From Candidatus Latescibacterota bacterium (lineage in GTDB: Bacteria > Latescibacterota > UBA2968 > SICM01), in contig CBDCJO010000002.1 in assembly GCA_965217865.1 (NCBI GenBank), positions 1,408,001 to 1,472,000 on the forward strand: a stretch of DNA of 64,000 nucleotides, written 5' to 3'. The position numbers and the translations under genes are program-made. Under the pieces are notes generated by a model. The model ran no database searches. It was not told the DNA's origin and saw only the letters and a list, made by a program, of their open reading frames with translations. Of the stretch, positions 45,627-54,768 are shown piece after piece (the stretch's first letter is position 1; every line of letters begins with the position of its first letter).

Positions 45627-46836
45627 TCAACTCTGCGGGTTTACCTCTGACAGATATGCAATCAGTTCTGCTCGCTCGGGCGAATCAGGATATATCTCAA
45701 CCCCCACCTTTGCCCACACCAACGGGGTTGTGCCATGCTCATCGTCCGTTGCTTCCGTATCGGCGCCCGCTTCCACGAGTATTCTCGCAATCTCAGGATC
45801 TGAACACAGGTGGAGCGGTGTCTGGCCGGCGCTCGCTCTCGCGTTGACGTCTGCCCCGCGTACGATCAGCATTTCAATCACATCGGCTTCACTGCGATGG
45901 ACAGCAGCGTGGAGCGGTGTGCCCTCGTCAGCGTGAACGCCAATCTTACCTATGAAGTGAACGGTTTCTGGGTCGTCGTCGATGTGATGTGACAGTTCGT
46001 CCAACCTGCCCAACGCTGCAAGTATACAGGGATCGACGGCCGCGCCTTGCTCTAGCATGTATTCCGCTACCGCACGACAAAGGTCACCCCGTCCTATCAT
46101 CGCACCCAGCGGATTGTTACCCATGCCGTCAACTGTGTCGAGTTCTGCTCCATGGTCAATGAGAAGCTTCGCGACGTCTATCGACGTGGCAAAGTGAAGA
46201 GGGGTTCCATCACCGAGGCCCGAACGTGTCGAGGCCTCCGGATCATCCGCCAGGATCGTCGCAACGGCCGAGGCATCTCCCATCAAACAGGCCGCAAAGA
46301 TGTCGACCACTCCTCCGTTATCGCGAAGCAAGTCAGCGACCTCTGTGTGGCCCCAGTGTGCCGCGAGATGAAGCGCAGTCCAGCCCCCGTAGGTATCGAC
46401 ACCGCTATCGGGATCCGCGCCACCCTCCAGCAGTATCCGGACGATTTCCGTTTCGCCTCGCTCGGCAGCAAGTTGAAGCGGTACGGGTCTACCGAAGTGG
46501 AAAAGTGGATGTGACCCACTGTCGTTGACGACATCCGCCTCTTCGGTCAAGGCTTCTTTGACGGATTTCAGATTGCGACCCCAGATCGCAGACCTCAGCT
46601 GCAGTCCAGCGGCTTCCCTTCGGAGCTTAAGGCCAGCTGTCATACCCATAGCTGCGCGACAGCACGAGCTGGGCGTCGGTCAGCTTAGCCTCGTCCCTGC
46701 TGACCGACCGGGGATGGCTCTGGAACTCCTCCTGGGCATCCGGATCACCCGCGCGATACGCCAGGAGAAGGTCTTTGGCTTGTTTCTTGAGCTGACCGAG
46801 GTGGGGACGGCTGGGTAGGATACGATGTGCGGACAT
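45627..46836 (-). pseudogene. ankyrin-repeat protein with LPxRPxLxQLKKQAK N-terminal domain, frameshift near 46650
   Basis: TALHLAA, TPLHFA, TPLHAA repeats; YGY|DSW frame switch. Confidence 0.85.
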
Positions 46837-46972
46837 CGCGAACTCCTTTCCATAAGTTACCCGACATCCGCATCTCCGGGTGAGAAAGAGGCTCGCAGAG
46901 TATTTTGGATTTGCGTTGGAACGAGTGGGCTCAAGCCCTTTCCGCGGACTGGATGCGCCTCGAGGCGCTTCA
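46837..46972 (-). ncRNA. candidate structured 5' leader RNA
   Basis: Several hairpins and an anti-SD tract between a consensus promoter and the ankyrin start. Confidence 0.5.
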
Positions 46973-46974
46973 AA

Positions 46975-47003
46975 AAGATAGCATCGGCTTGACCACTTGT
47001 CAA
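46975..47003 (-). promoter_or_regulatory. sigma70-type promoter
   Basis: TTGACA-17 bp-TATCTT on the - strand. Confidence 0.7.
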
Positions 47004-47266
47004 GTACAGACGAAGGAACAACCGCGGAGTGTGATTCGAAATGTCAACCTGGAGACCGAAGGGCCTCCGGAGTAAAAAGAATGGCGAGAAAACTAATTAT
47101 TACAATAGGTTATCAACATCTTGTATTTATTAACCAACCGTTCCGATAGACCTAAAGGTTTCGGAACTCCCCGACCTGGGAGTGGGGGTGCAGTATTACC
47201 GCAGATGGCATCTGATTGGTTAACTAGCTGATATTCTGTAGTTTATTGATGCCCATCAAATATCCG

Positions 47267-47295
47267 TTGACATTATACGGTTGCTAAAGTATATT
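47267..47295 (+). promoter_or_regulatory. sigma70-type promoter
   Basis: TTGACA-17 bp-TATATT, overlapped by palindrome TATATT-AA-AATATA. Confidence 0.75.
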
Positions 47296-47352
47296 AAAAT
47301 ATACTAAAATAGGTTAAACTATATTTAAGAACGTGTAACAGGAGTGTCTGCG

Positions 47353-47970
47353 ATGACGCAAGTAGACTACCGCGACCCTGAATGGGCTGCCCAGAAACTA
47401 GGTTTAGAAAAAAACACCATCTACAGATGGCTTCGTGATGGTACGTTGCCGGGACTCCTTATCGGCCGTAGATGGTTGATTTCAGAATCCCAACTTAAAC
47501 AGTTCCTGGAAGAGGAAACCCAACACCAAACCCAACTTCGAAGAATCATAGCATCTAAGAAACCCTCTGGGCAAAAGATCATGGACCTTGCTATCGAAGC
47601 AGCCCGGACGTACCGTCATGACTGGATAGGGCAGGAACACCTCCTGATTGGTTTATCCCAATTGGGAGATGGCATTACGGCAACTCTTGCTGGATGTGGT
47701 GCTGGTGAAGAGAAACTTCGGAACGCGTTAGAATCGGTACTTGACCCCGGTGAGACCCCCACAAGGTCTAAGCCGCGTATGACACCGAGGGCCCGGAGAG
47801 TAGTGGACATGGCTGAGAAACAGGCTAAGAAGCGTGGTGAAAAAAACTATTCGTCTGAGGATCTGGTGCGGGCTATGTTTACCCTCGGCGAAGGAATGGG
47901 ATTTGACCTCCTTCGAACACTTGGCGTAGACGAACAACGTTTCGCTGACACCGCTCAAACGCCTCAGTGA
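47353..47970 (+). CDS. excisionase-type HTH fused to Clp N-terminal (Clp-R) domain
   Basis: AAQKLGL..NTIYRW..G.LPG..IGRRW; HDWIGQEHLLIGL, MTPRARRV. Confidence 0.85.
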   Translation: MTQVDYRDPEWAAQKLGLEKNTIYRWLRDGTLPGLLIGRRWLISESQLKQFLEEETQHQTQLRRIIASKKPSGQKIMDLAIEAARTYRHDWIGQEHLLIGLSQLGDGITATLAGCGAGEEKLRNALESVLDPGETPTRSKPRMTPRARRVVDMAEKQAKKRGEKNYSSEDLVRAMFTLGEGMGFDLLRTLGVDEQRFADTAQTPQ

Positions 47971-48010
47971 ATCTCGGTTCTGGATGGGATCCATTCTTCT
48001 TTACTGTGAA

Positions 48011-48829
48011 TTATCCGGCCTCGCCGGGAGACATACCTAAGAGTCTTGAAAAAGCCTCCTCTGCCTTCGTCTTAAGATTCGTCCCCTTCGAATCCACTCC
48101 GAACCCGAGAACCTCTGCGCGCTCCCAAGGCCCTCCGATTGGCTCCAAAACAAGGTCTGTCAATTTCTCTGATAAGCTGAGCTTCAGTTTTAGGCTCGTT
48201 GTTTCGAAAAACGCCTCAATTTTTGCGGCTATGTCGGGTTCCTTCCGTCTGATCCAATCCAATGCAACCTTCTCTCCAGGGAATTTCTTATACCTCACTT
48301 TGTAATAGATGTGCAGCAACCAGGTGATATTTATGGACAGCAACATGTTGCAGAAAACCGGGTCAGCTTCTATTCTCCCTTTAACCTTCTCAAGTACGTG
48401 TTGCTGGTAGAATCGAGTCAGGACGACCTCGGACTCGGGTAGAGGGTTTATAGGTTCAGTCCACCTGTCTGCAGCAGCACCCACCAATTCCTGCAATGTA
48501 CCGGTCCGATCGAATAGAATTTCCCCATCAGCCAATCCTGGATCGATGTAAGAGAGTGGCTTTTCCTGTTCGAGATCGTGTAGCGTGCGGAGACCAAGAT
48601 CCACAGGCGTTTGGCCCCAATAGAAGTGGATGCTTTCCAGATCCGGATCTCTCATCTGCACGATAACAAATAGGTCAAAGTCACCACCCTTCGAATTGTC
48701 TTGGATAGTGCGACTCCCATATCGGACTATTCCAAGGACCTCTGGGCTGGCCTTGAGACGCTCGATCAGATCTGAGATGCGGAAATCCACTGAGGCGTTT
48801 ACTCCTCTTATCTTAGTTTGCTCCCTCAA
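48011..48829 (-). CDS. nucleotidyltransferase domain protein
   Basis: YGSR...GDFDLFV motif. Confidence 0.75.
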   Translation of the reverse strand: MREQTKIRGVNASVDFRISDLIERLKASPEVLGIVRYGSRTIQDNSKGGDFDLFVIVQMRDPDLESIHFYWGQTPVDLGLRTLHDLEQEKPLSYIDPGLADGEILFDRTGTLQELVGAAADRWTEPINPLPESEVVLTRFYQQHVLEKVKGRIEADPVFCNMLLSINITWLLHIYYKVRYKKFPGEKVALDWIRRKEPDIAAKIEAFFETTSLKLKLSLSEKLTDLVLEPIGGPWERAEVLGFGVDSKGTNLKTKAEEAFSRLLGMSPGEAG

Positions 48830-48842
48830 GCAGAGGGTTGGC

Positions 48843-48869
48843 GCCCAACATTTTGAACCTGCAAAGGGG
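48843..48869 (-). repeat. attC right half only
   Basis: - strand TGA-CCCCTTTGCAGGTTCAAAAT-GTTGGGC, start codon 13 bp later. Confidence 0.5.
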
Positions 48870-49871
48870 TCATGAACTTGGAGAAATATACGCCCAAGTT
48901 GCCCTCCAAGGCGGAAAAAGCACCTCCCAAAAGATCTTCATATTCCTCATCTCAGGTATCTGGATTGAGTGTCGAACGGCTCCTGCATATCTGAGAAGCT
49001 CATTATCTGGATACGCAACTATTCTGTCGTCCCTTGGTTTGGGTTCTTCAGGTTCGTACCCCAGTTGTTTGAGATGTTCCAGGTAGATGGCCTCGATCTG
49101 AGATTCTATTTCAATTCTCTCCTTCAACTTCTGAAACCCTTCTTCAATCAGAGCATGTGCTTGTGGGGCTATTACAGGAAGTTTTAGAAACTCCTGATAA
49201 AGCCACTTATGATACGGTGCGTAACGATGAATTAGAAGGAACCCAACTTTCATAGCATAAGTTGAGAACCTACTCCAATACATACTTGCTGATATCAAGT
49301 CCCCTCGACGCTCGGCCCTGTGCAAATGCTTTCGACCCCATTCCCACATCCATGCCAGGCACGCGCTCAGTCGTTTTCTCCAGACATCTTCTGGATATTG
49401 AATGAATGATTCAAACCTACTGGTGACTTCACCCTCAGCATCATGAAAGATCCTCCGTGGAGTAACCTCAAACAAAGACTCTTCTGGCATATGTAACCAA
49501 TCAATAGGGGCCTCAGGAGGTGTTTCACACCCAACAGTTGATTTGATGTAAGTGCCGACCTCGACTACTCCGCAGGTCCTCGGTCGCGAGTCTCTCCAGC
49601 GATATCCCAGGTATTCTTGAGGAAGCGCGTCTAAGATCGCTTGAAGGGGTTCTGCGAATTGATCATAGTCTTCCTGAGCCAACCATACGGTAAACCCAGG
49701 CCCCCAGCCATGATCTCGGGATATCTCATCATCGTTTCCGTGACTTTGAGAGCCTCCAGACAATCCTACGGCCAAACGAGGAACACACTCAGACAAACTC
49801 TGCTCGATCGCAGGGAGTCCAATTTCCTCGAAAAATTTCTGGCAAAGTTCAAAACCTTTCACTCGTATCAC
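48870..49871 (-). CDS. DUF4037-domain protein
   Basis: DDEISRDHGWGPG, YPEDVW, YAPYHKW. Confidence 0.8.
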   Translation of the reverse strand: MIRVKGFELCQKFFEEIGLPAIEQSLSECVPRLAVGLSGGSQSHGNDDEISRDHGWGPGFTVWLAQEDYDQFAEPLQAILDALPQEYLGYRWRDSRPRTCGVVEVGTYIKSTVGCETPPEAPIDWLHMPEESLFEVTPRRIFHDAEGEVTSRFESFIQYPEDVWRKRLSACLAWMWEWGRKHLHRAERRGDLISASMYWSRFSTYAMKVGFLLIHRYAPYHKWLYQEFLKLPVIAPQAHALIEEGFQKLKERIEIESQIEAIYLEHLKQLGYEPEEPKPRDDRIVAYPDNELLRYAGAVRHSIQIPEMRNMKIFWEVLFPPWRATWAYISPSS

Positions 49872-49894
49872 TCCTTATAAGTTGATAATTCATA

Positions 49895-50371
49895 TTAAGT
49901 CCTTTTACTTGATGACCAGTCGAAAGATTTCTCGGGAACCCCTTCGGGTCCTGGGGGCGAATCTTCAAAAGGTATGAATCCCATCTTCTCGTAGAATCTG
50001 CGTGCAGGGAGCCCTTCTGAATTATCTTCTCCGAAAGTCCTGACAAGAATATATGCAGGTGGCTCAACGAGTCCGACTACATGCTCTACCAGCAACGTTC
50101 CGACTCCCTTCCGACGCCATCTTTTTGCAATGGAAAGCCAGCCTATCTGATACACTGGGGGCTTGGCAGAGAAGAATAACCCTCCCATCAGACGAGTCCC
50201 GGGCAACCTGTCCTGCTCCCGGACACAGTATGCACTGGCTCGATCAATATTCTTACGAAGGGCAGCGTGAAAGTTCGGATTATTCACCATTGGTCCGAAG
50301 AGAAACTCAACCTCCTCTGCCAGATTAAGCCAGTTGGAAATATCATCAGTAGTGGCAACCTGCACGAGCAT
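49895..50371 (-). CDS. GNAT acetyltransferase (C-terminus possibly shifted)
   Basis: WRRKGVG..L, ARRFYEKMGF. Confidence 0.85.
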   Translation of the reverse strand: MLVQVATTDDISNWLNLAEEVEFLFGPMVNNPNFHAALRKNIDRASAYCVREQDRLPGTRLMGGLFFSAKPPVYQIGWLSIAKRWRRKGVGTLLVEHVVGLVEPPAYILVRTFGEDNSEGLPARRFYEKMGFIPFEDSPPGPEGVPEKSFDWSSSKRT

Positions 50372-50469
50372 TGTGCGCCTTCTACATGATTTTCCCTGCC
50401 AGTATCTTCTAACGAGGCCGGCATCCAGTCGCTTTGAATCTTTCCGTGCCTGCCCTCAAGGATCAGTCG

Positions 50470-51030
50470 CTAAAGCGCCTTGATGTGTTCCAGGATCTTG
50501 TCTCTCAAATTCTCCAATGTGGTCCACCCATCCAAGATGAGATCGCTGGTATCTTTATGCTTAATTGCATCCAGATATGGGTATCTGGCCTTTTCAAGGT
50601 AATGGCCCATTTCTTCTTTCAATTTCTCGGATCTCTCTTCGACTGCAATTTCAGATTCTGTCGTATAGTCCCTGAGTATTCGGCGAGCCATGGCCACATC
50701 CAAAGGGGTATCGATGAAAACCGATAGGTCGATTAGATCACGAAACATCGGGTGATCGCGACCAAAGGGATAGTCGAGGACGATATAATCCGCCTTCCCA
50801 TCGTTAATCTCTTTCCCGACGGCATCGCCCATTCCAGGGCAATCGAATTCTAAAAGATTTGCTCCCCGCTTGCTCCAATCATAGAAATCATCTGGATATA
50901 AGTTGGTGTCATCAAATTCGTCGAAGCAAAATAGCTTAGATTTAGGCAGCGATTCCGCCAGGAGCTTTGCTAAAGCGGTTTTACCACCACCTGATACGGC
51001 GTTGATTGCGATGATGTAAGGCTTTTTCAT
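50470..51030 (-). CDS. uridine-kinase-like P-loop protein
   Basis: AVSGGGKT, FIDTPLDVAMARR. Confidence 0.8.
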   Translation of the reverse strand: MKKPYIIAINAVSGGGKTALAKLLAESLPKSKLFCFDEFDDTNLYPDDFYDWSKRGANLLEFDCPGMGDAVGKEINDGKADYIVLDYPFGRDHPMFRDLIDLSVFIDTPLDVAMARRILRDYTTESEIAVEERSEKLKEEMGHYLEKARYPYLDAIKHKDTSDLILDGWTTLENLRDKILEHIKAL

Positions 51031-51098
51031 TAAAACATGCTATTAAAGGGAAAGAATTCGCATGTCCAGGTTGTTGGGCATCTAAGCGCTGGTTGGTT

Positions 51099-51932
51099 TT
51101 AACTATAGCATTTAAGCAGGAAAGCAGAAACTGCACCCGAACTTCCTGGCGCTCCCGGCAGGACACAGACGACATTCTCTCCATATTCTCCATCTTGATA
51201 CCCAACCTTGAATCCGTTTTCTTCAATATCTGATCTCAGAGTTTCTGCCGTCAAATGCCTCCGGTTGAGAAGATACCAGGACTCGCCAATCCTGAGCGTA
51301 CCGTCATACTCGGTTGGTTTACCTTCCAATGGCTCGTAGACAAGTCCCGTTTCTCTGTCCAGAAGGCCATCACCTCGGTACCGGTGGAAAGTTGTCCCGT
51401 TCTCAGGATCAGTAACGATATCCTCAGCATGGATTCTATCCTCATTGCGCATGGCCGTACTGATCAGATAATATCCATTCCGTTTCAGCCGTGCTTGAAC
51501 TGCCAAAAATACCTTCCGACGGTCTGCGTCGGTGACGATCCCTTGTAGACAAAAGCTGTCTACGATCAAATCATACTTCCTGCCTTCGTGGGGTAACTCG
51601 CAGATGTCCTGCACCCAATAATGGATATCAAGACCCCGCTCACGCGCAATCTGCTTAGCTAACTCAATAGCCGTGGGAATCAGATCAATCGCGTCGACCT
51701 CGAACCCCCTCTCCGCCAGAAAGCAAGCCCCCGGACCGGTGCCGCAACCGTATTCAAGCACCTTGGGTCTGGAAACGGAGAATTGTAATCGAGGCAGAAT
51801 CCTCTCCAGAAAGCCGCGAGATGAGAACTGCTCGAACCCGTCCGGGGCTCCGTGAATTTCGCCCCACGATCTTTTCCCTTCTGCTTTGATTCTCTCGTAG
51901 CCTGTCAGGTGTTCTGGATAGTAATACTTCAT
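51099..51932 (-). CDS. class I SAM methyltransferase
   Basis: VLEYGCGTG, YDLIVD. Confidence 0.9.
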   Translation of the reverse strand: MKYYYPEHLTGYERIKAEGKRSWGEIHGAPDGFEQFSSRGFLERILPRLQFSVSRPKVLEYGCGTGPGACFLAERGFEVDAIDLIPTAIELAKQIARERGLDIHYWVQDICELPHEGRKYDLIVDSFCLQGIVTDADRRKVFLAVQARLKRNGYYLISTAMRNEDRIHAEDIVTDPENGTTFHRYRGDGLLDRETGLVYEPLEGKPTEYDGTLRIGESWYLLNRRHLTAETLRSDIEENGFKVGYQDGEYGENVVCVLPGAPGSSGAVSAFLLKCYS

Positions 51933-52119
51933 GGTTCTTTGCGGTTAAAAAACAAATGAAGGCTCAATCGGTGGCAGCAGGGAGAGGGTTTCGGTAGGAT
52001 CTGTGACCAAAGTGCCGTTGGCGGCGTGGAGTGGGCTGGCGGGGATGGATATTGTACGGGACCATTGAGGTGAAAGGCGATGGTTCGAGGACCACCTAGA
52101 ATTTTATGGGACGTCTTCT

Positions 52120-53502
52120 TCAAAGCGCGACTACCAGCCCCCCATCCCTCAGGCCGATGACCGTCTTTTCAAACGCCGTCGTTGCCTGCTCAATATCCCT
52201 TTCGGTGTGGGCAGCCGACAGCACTCCACCCGTGGAACTCATAATATCCACCCCGTGAAAGCGCAAATGGCGCTGGTACTCGTCGATCAGCTCTGCCGGC
52301 ATGCCCTTGAGCCGCTTCGCATCACCGGTATGAAGATCCTCCCGGCTTGCAGCCACGCGTACCCTTTCCGGATCCGTCTCAAAATAAACGTGAAAGGTGG
52401 AGCACGGTCCGTACACGTAGCCGGCGATGCCGTGGCGCTCGAGCACCTTATCCCAGGCATCGCGCAGATTTTCAGCCAAGGCATTGGCACGTTCGATCGG
52501 CTTGCCGGTGGCCACGCTTTTGAGCACGGCCACACCAGCTGCGGCTGAAAGCGGGGCCCCATTGAAGGTGCCCTGGTGCGCCACCCGTTCAAAGCGGTCG
52601 TGGCGGGGATCCCCCGTCATATCGAAGAGGGCCAATATCTCCGCCCGTCCCACCACGGCCCCACCCGGCATGCCGCCGGCCAGGATCTTGGCAAAACAGG
52701 AAAGATCCGGCATCACGCCATAGAGCTTCTGCGCTCCACCCGGACTGAAGCGAAACCCGGTGACCACCTCGTCCAGAATCAACTGCACATTGTGCTGCGC
52801 CGTCAACGTCCTCAAACCGCGCAAAAACTCCGGATCCAGAGGGATCCGCCCCCACGAGGCTCCCGACGGTTCCAGAATAGCAGCCGCGATATCTTTCTCC
52901 TGTTCGAGTACCTTCTCAACCAGCTTCAAGTCCCCGTCGGGAATCCGCACGATATTAGCGCTCACCTGCGGGGGGATCCCCAGCGACCCATCCGCGTCGA
53001 ACGGCGGTTGAAAACCGTGAATCACATCGTCGTGCCACCCGTGAAAGTGCCCCTCAAAGCGCAGAATCTTGTTGCACCCGGTAAACGCACGGGCGAGACG
53101 CAAAGCCAGCAAGGTCGCCTCTGTGCCCGAATTGACAAACCGCACCCGCTCGGCCGACGGCACCAACTCCTGCACCTGTTCTGCCCACTCGATGTGCAGT
53201 GGATGATCGCTGCCAAAATGCGTCCCTCGGCCCACCGCCTCGGAAATTGCCTCGACGACTTCCGCGGGCGCGTGCCCCAAAAGCAGTGCCCCGTTGCCCA
53301 GCAAAAAATCAATATATTCATTGCCATCCACATCCCACTTGCGCCCTCCGGCCCCTCGCTCAATGTAGAGCGGCATCGGGGCGAAGTAGCGCAAATCGTG
53401 CCCGGCTTTACCGCCCAGCGTATTGCAAGCACGTGCAAAATACTTCGCCGACTTCTGTCGCGCTGCCCCATAGGCCTTGAACAATTCGTTGTTGATCGCC
53501 AT
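52120..53502 (-). CDS. class III aminotransferase (glutamate-1-semialdehyde aminomutase-like)
   Basis: DVDGNEYID, NSGTEAT, FEGHFHG, DEVVTGFR, AKILAGG, GTFNG. Confidence 0.92.
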   Translation of the reverse strand: MAINNELFKAYGAARQKSAKYFARACNTLGGKAGHDLRYFAPMPLYIERGAGGRKWDVDGNEYIDFLLGNGALLLGHAPAEVVEAISEAVGRGTHFGSDHPLHIEWAEQVQELVPSAERVRFVNSGTEATLLALRLARAFTGCNKILRFEGHFHGWHDDVIHGFQPPFDADGSLGIPPQVSANIVRIPDGDLKLVEKVLEQEKDIAAAILEPSGASWGRIPLDPEFLRGLRTLTAQHNVQLILDEVVTGFRFSPGGAQKLYGVMPDLSCFAKILAGGMPGGAVVGRAEILALFDMTGDPRHDRFERVAHQGTFNGAPLSAAAGVAVLKSVATGKPIERANALAENLRDAWDKVLERHGIAGYVYGPCSTFHVYFETDPERVRVAASREDLHTGDAKRLKGMPAELIDEYQRHLRFHGVDIMSSTGGVLSAAHTERDIEQATTAFEKTVIGLRDGGLVVAL

Positions 53503-53602
53503 ACGGTATCCCTTCGAATGACTTGATTGTTCAATCAAGTCGTCTCCTCAACCTGAACCACGATGGTTCACCACGATCGGCCAGGAGGTGCACGTCCATT
53601 TT

Positions 53603-54595
53603 TTAGCCTTCGTCCATGACTGCCTGAATCATGGCCTGGATATAGCCGAACTCGTAAGCCCAGGCCTGTCGCATACTGTGCGGGTCCTTGTGCCCGGGTG
53701 CGTGGTCGGGCACGCACATGTGTTCGTAGCCGACCTCTTTGAGTGCCTGCATGTTGCGATGCATGTTCATCACACCCTCGTCGGGCCAGACTTCCTGAAA
53801 CTTGTTGCGCTTGCCAACGATGTTGCGGAAGTGGCAGAGGAAGATCTTGTTGCGCGAGCCGAGGGAGCGGATGATGTCGGGCACTTCGTTCAAGGGATCT
53901 TCGACGCTTTCGGCCATGCATCCCAGGCAGAGGTTGACGCCGTGATAGGGGCTGGGGCAGATCTTGATAAATCTCTTGAAGCCATCAAAGCCGCCCATTA
54001 CCCGGTCGACTCCCTTATAACCGGACGGCAGCCAGGGGTCGCAGGGGTGGCAGGCCATGCGCATCTTGCATTCGGTGGCTACGGGGATCACCCGTTCAAG
54101 GAAGGTGGTGATGCGCCGCCAGTTTTCCTCTGCAGTGACGGGCTCGTCGTAGCGCTGCTTTTCGGCGTCGGCCTTTTTTAAATCCCAGGTGCTGTAGATC
54201 GAGTTGCCTCGTCCGAGCGGTAAGCTCTCGGTGCGCTGGTTTTCGAGGACGCAGAGGTAGTATTTGATGGCCGGGATGCCGGCCTCAGCCGCCTGGCGTA
54301 CCATGCTGCAGACCAGTTCGATCTCCTTGTCGCCCTCTTCGTAGTTGCCCATCATGAAGTTGGGGACGCTGTCGCCGTTGATGTTGAAGTGGGCCATGGG
54401 CAGGGCGACCATTTCCATGTCGATGCCGAAGCGCGAACACTTCTCCTTCTTCTCGACCAGCTCTTTGACTTCCCAGCCGTAAGCGCGGTGGAATGTAATA
54501 AAGTTTTCGTTCTTGTTGGCCACCCCGTGTCGTGCCAGGTACTCGAGATCTTCGTCTGAGGTATTGAAATGCTGAGTGCCGACGTGCATGGGCAT
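53603..54595 (-). CDS. uxuA: mannonate dehydratase family protein
   Basis: FLERVIPVA, HPCDP, HFRN, PDHAP, AYEFGYI. Confidence 0.8.
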   Translation of the reverse strand: MPMHVGTQHFNTSDEDLEYLARHGVANKNENFITFHRAYGWEVKELVEKKEKCSRFGIDMEMVALPMAHFNINGDSVPNFMMGNYEEGDKEIELVCSMVRQAAEAGIPAIKYYLCVLENQRTESLPLGRGNSIYSTWDLKKADAEKQRYDEPVTAEENWRRITTFLERVIPVATECKMRMACHPCDPWLPSGYKGVDRVMGGFDGFKRFIKICPSPYHGVNLCLGCMAESVEDPLNEVPDIIRSLGSRNKIFLCHFRNIVGKRNKFQEVWPDEGVMNMHRNMQALKEVGYEHMCVPDHAPGHKDPHSMRQAWAYEFGYIQAMIQAVMDEG

Positions 54596-54660
54596 TCGCC
54601 TTGATGGTATGGGAAATATCTGGTTTTACGTTTTAATCGATATTGGCCGGAGCGGATTTG

Positions 54661-54707
54661 CGGACATTCTGAGCTGTGCTATTTCGCCTTTGCATCCTTT
54701 GAAGATC
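54661..54707 (-). pseudogene. 47-bp scrap of a pentapeptide-repeat gene homolog
   Basis: 43/47 identical to 58790-58836. Confidence 0.75.
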
Positions 54708-54768
54708 CCCTTGGCTATGAGCGTTCGCGAAACGCGAGACGTGCCTCACACTTCCATACCGGCTGTGG

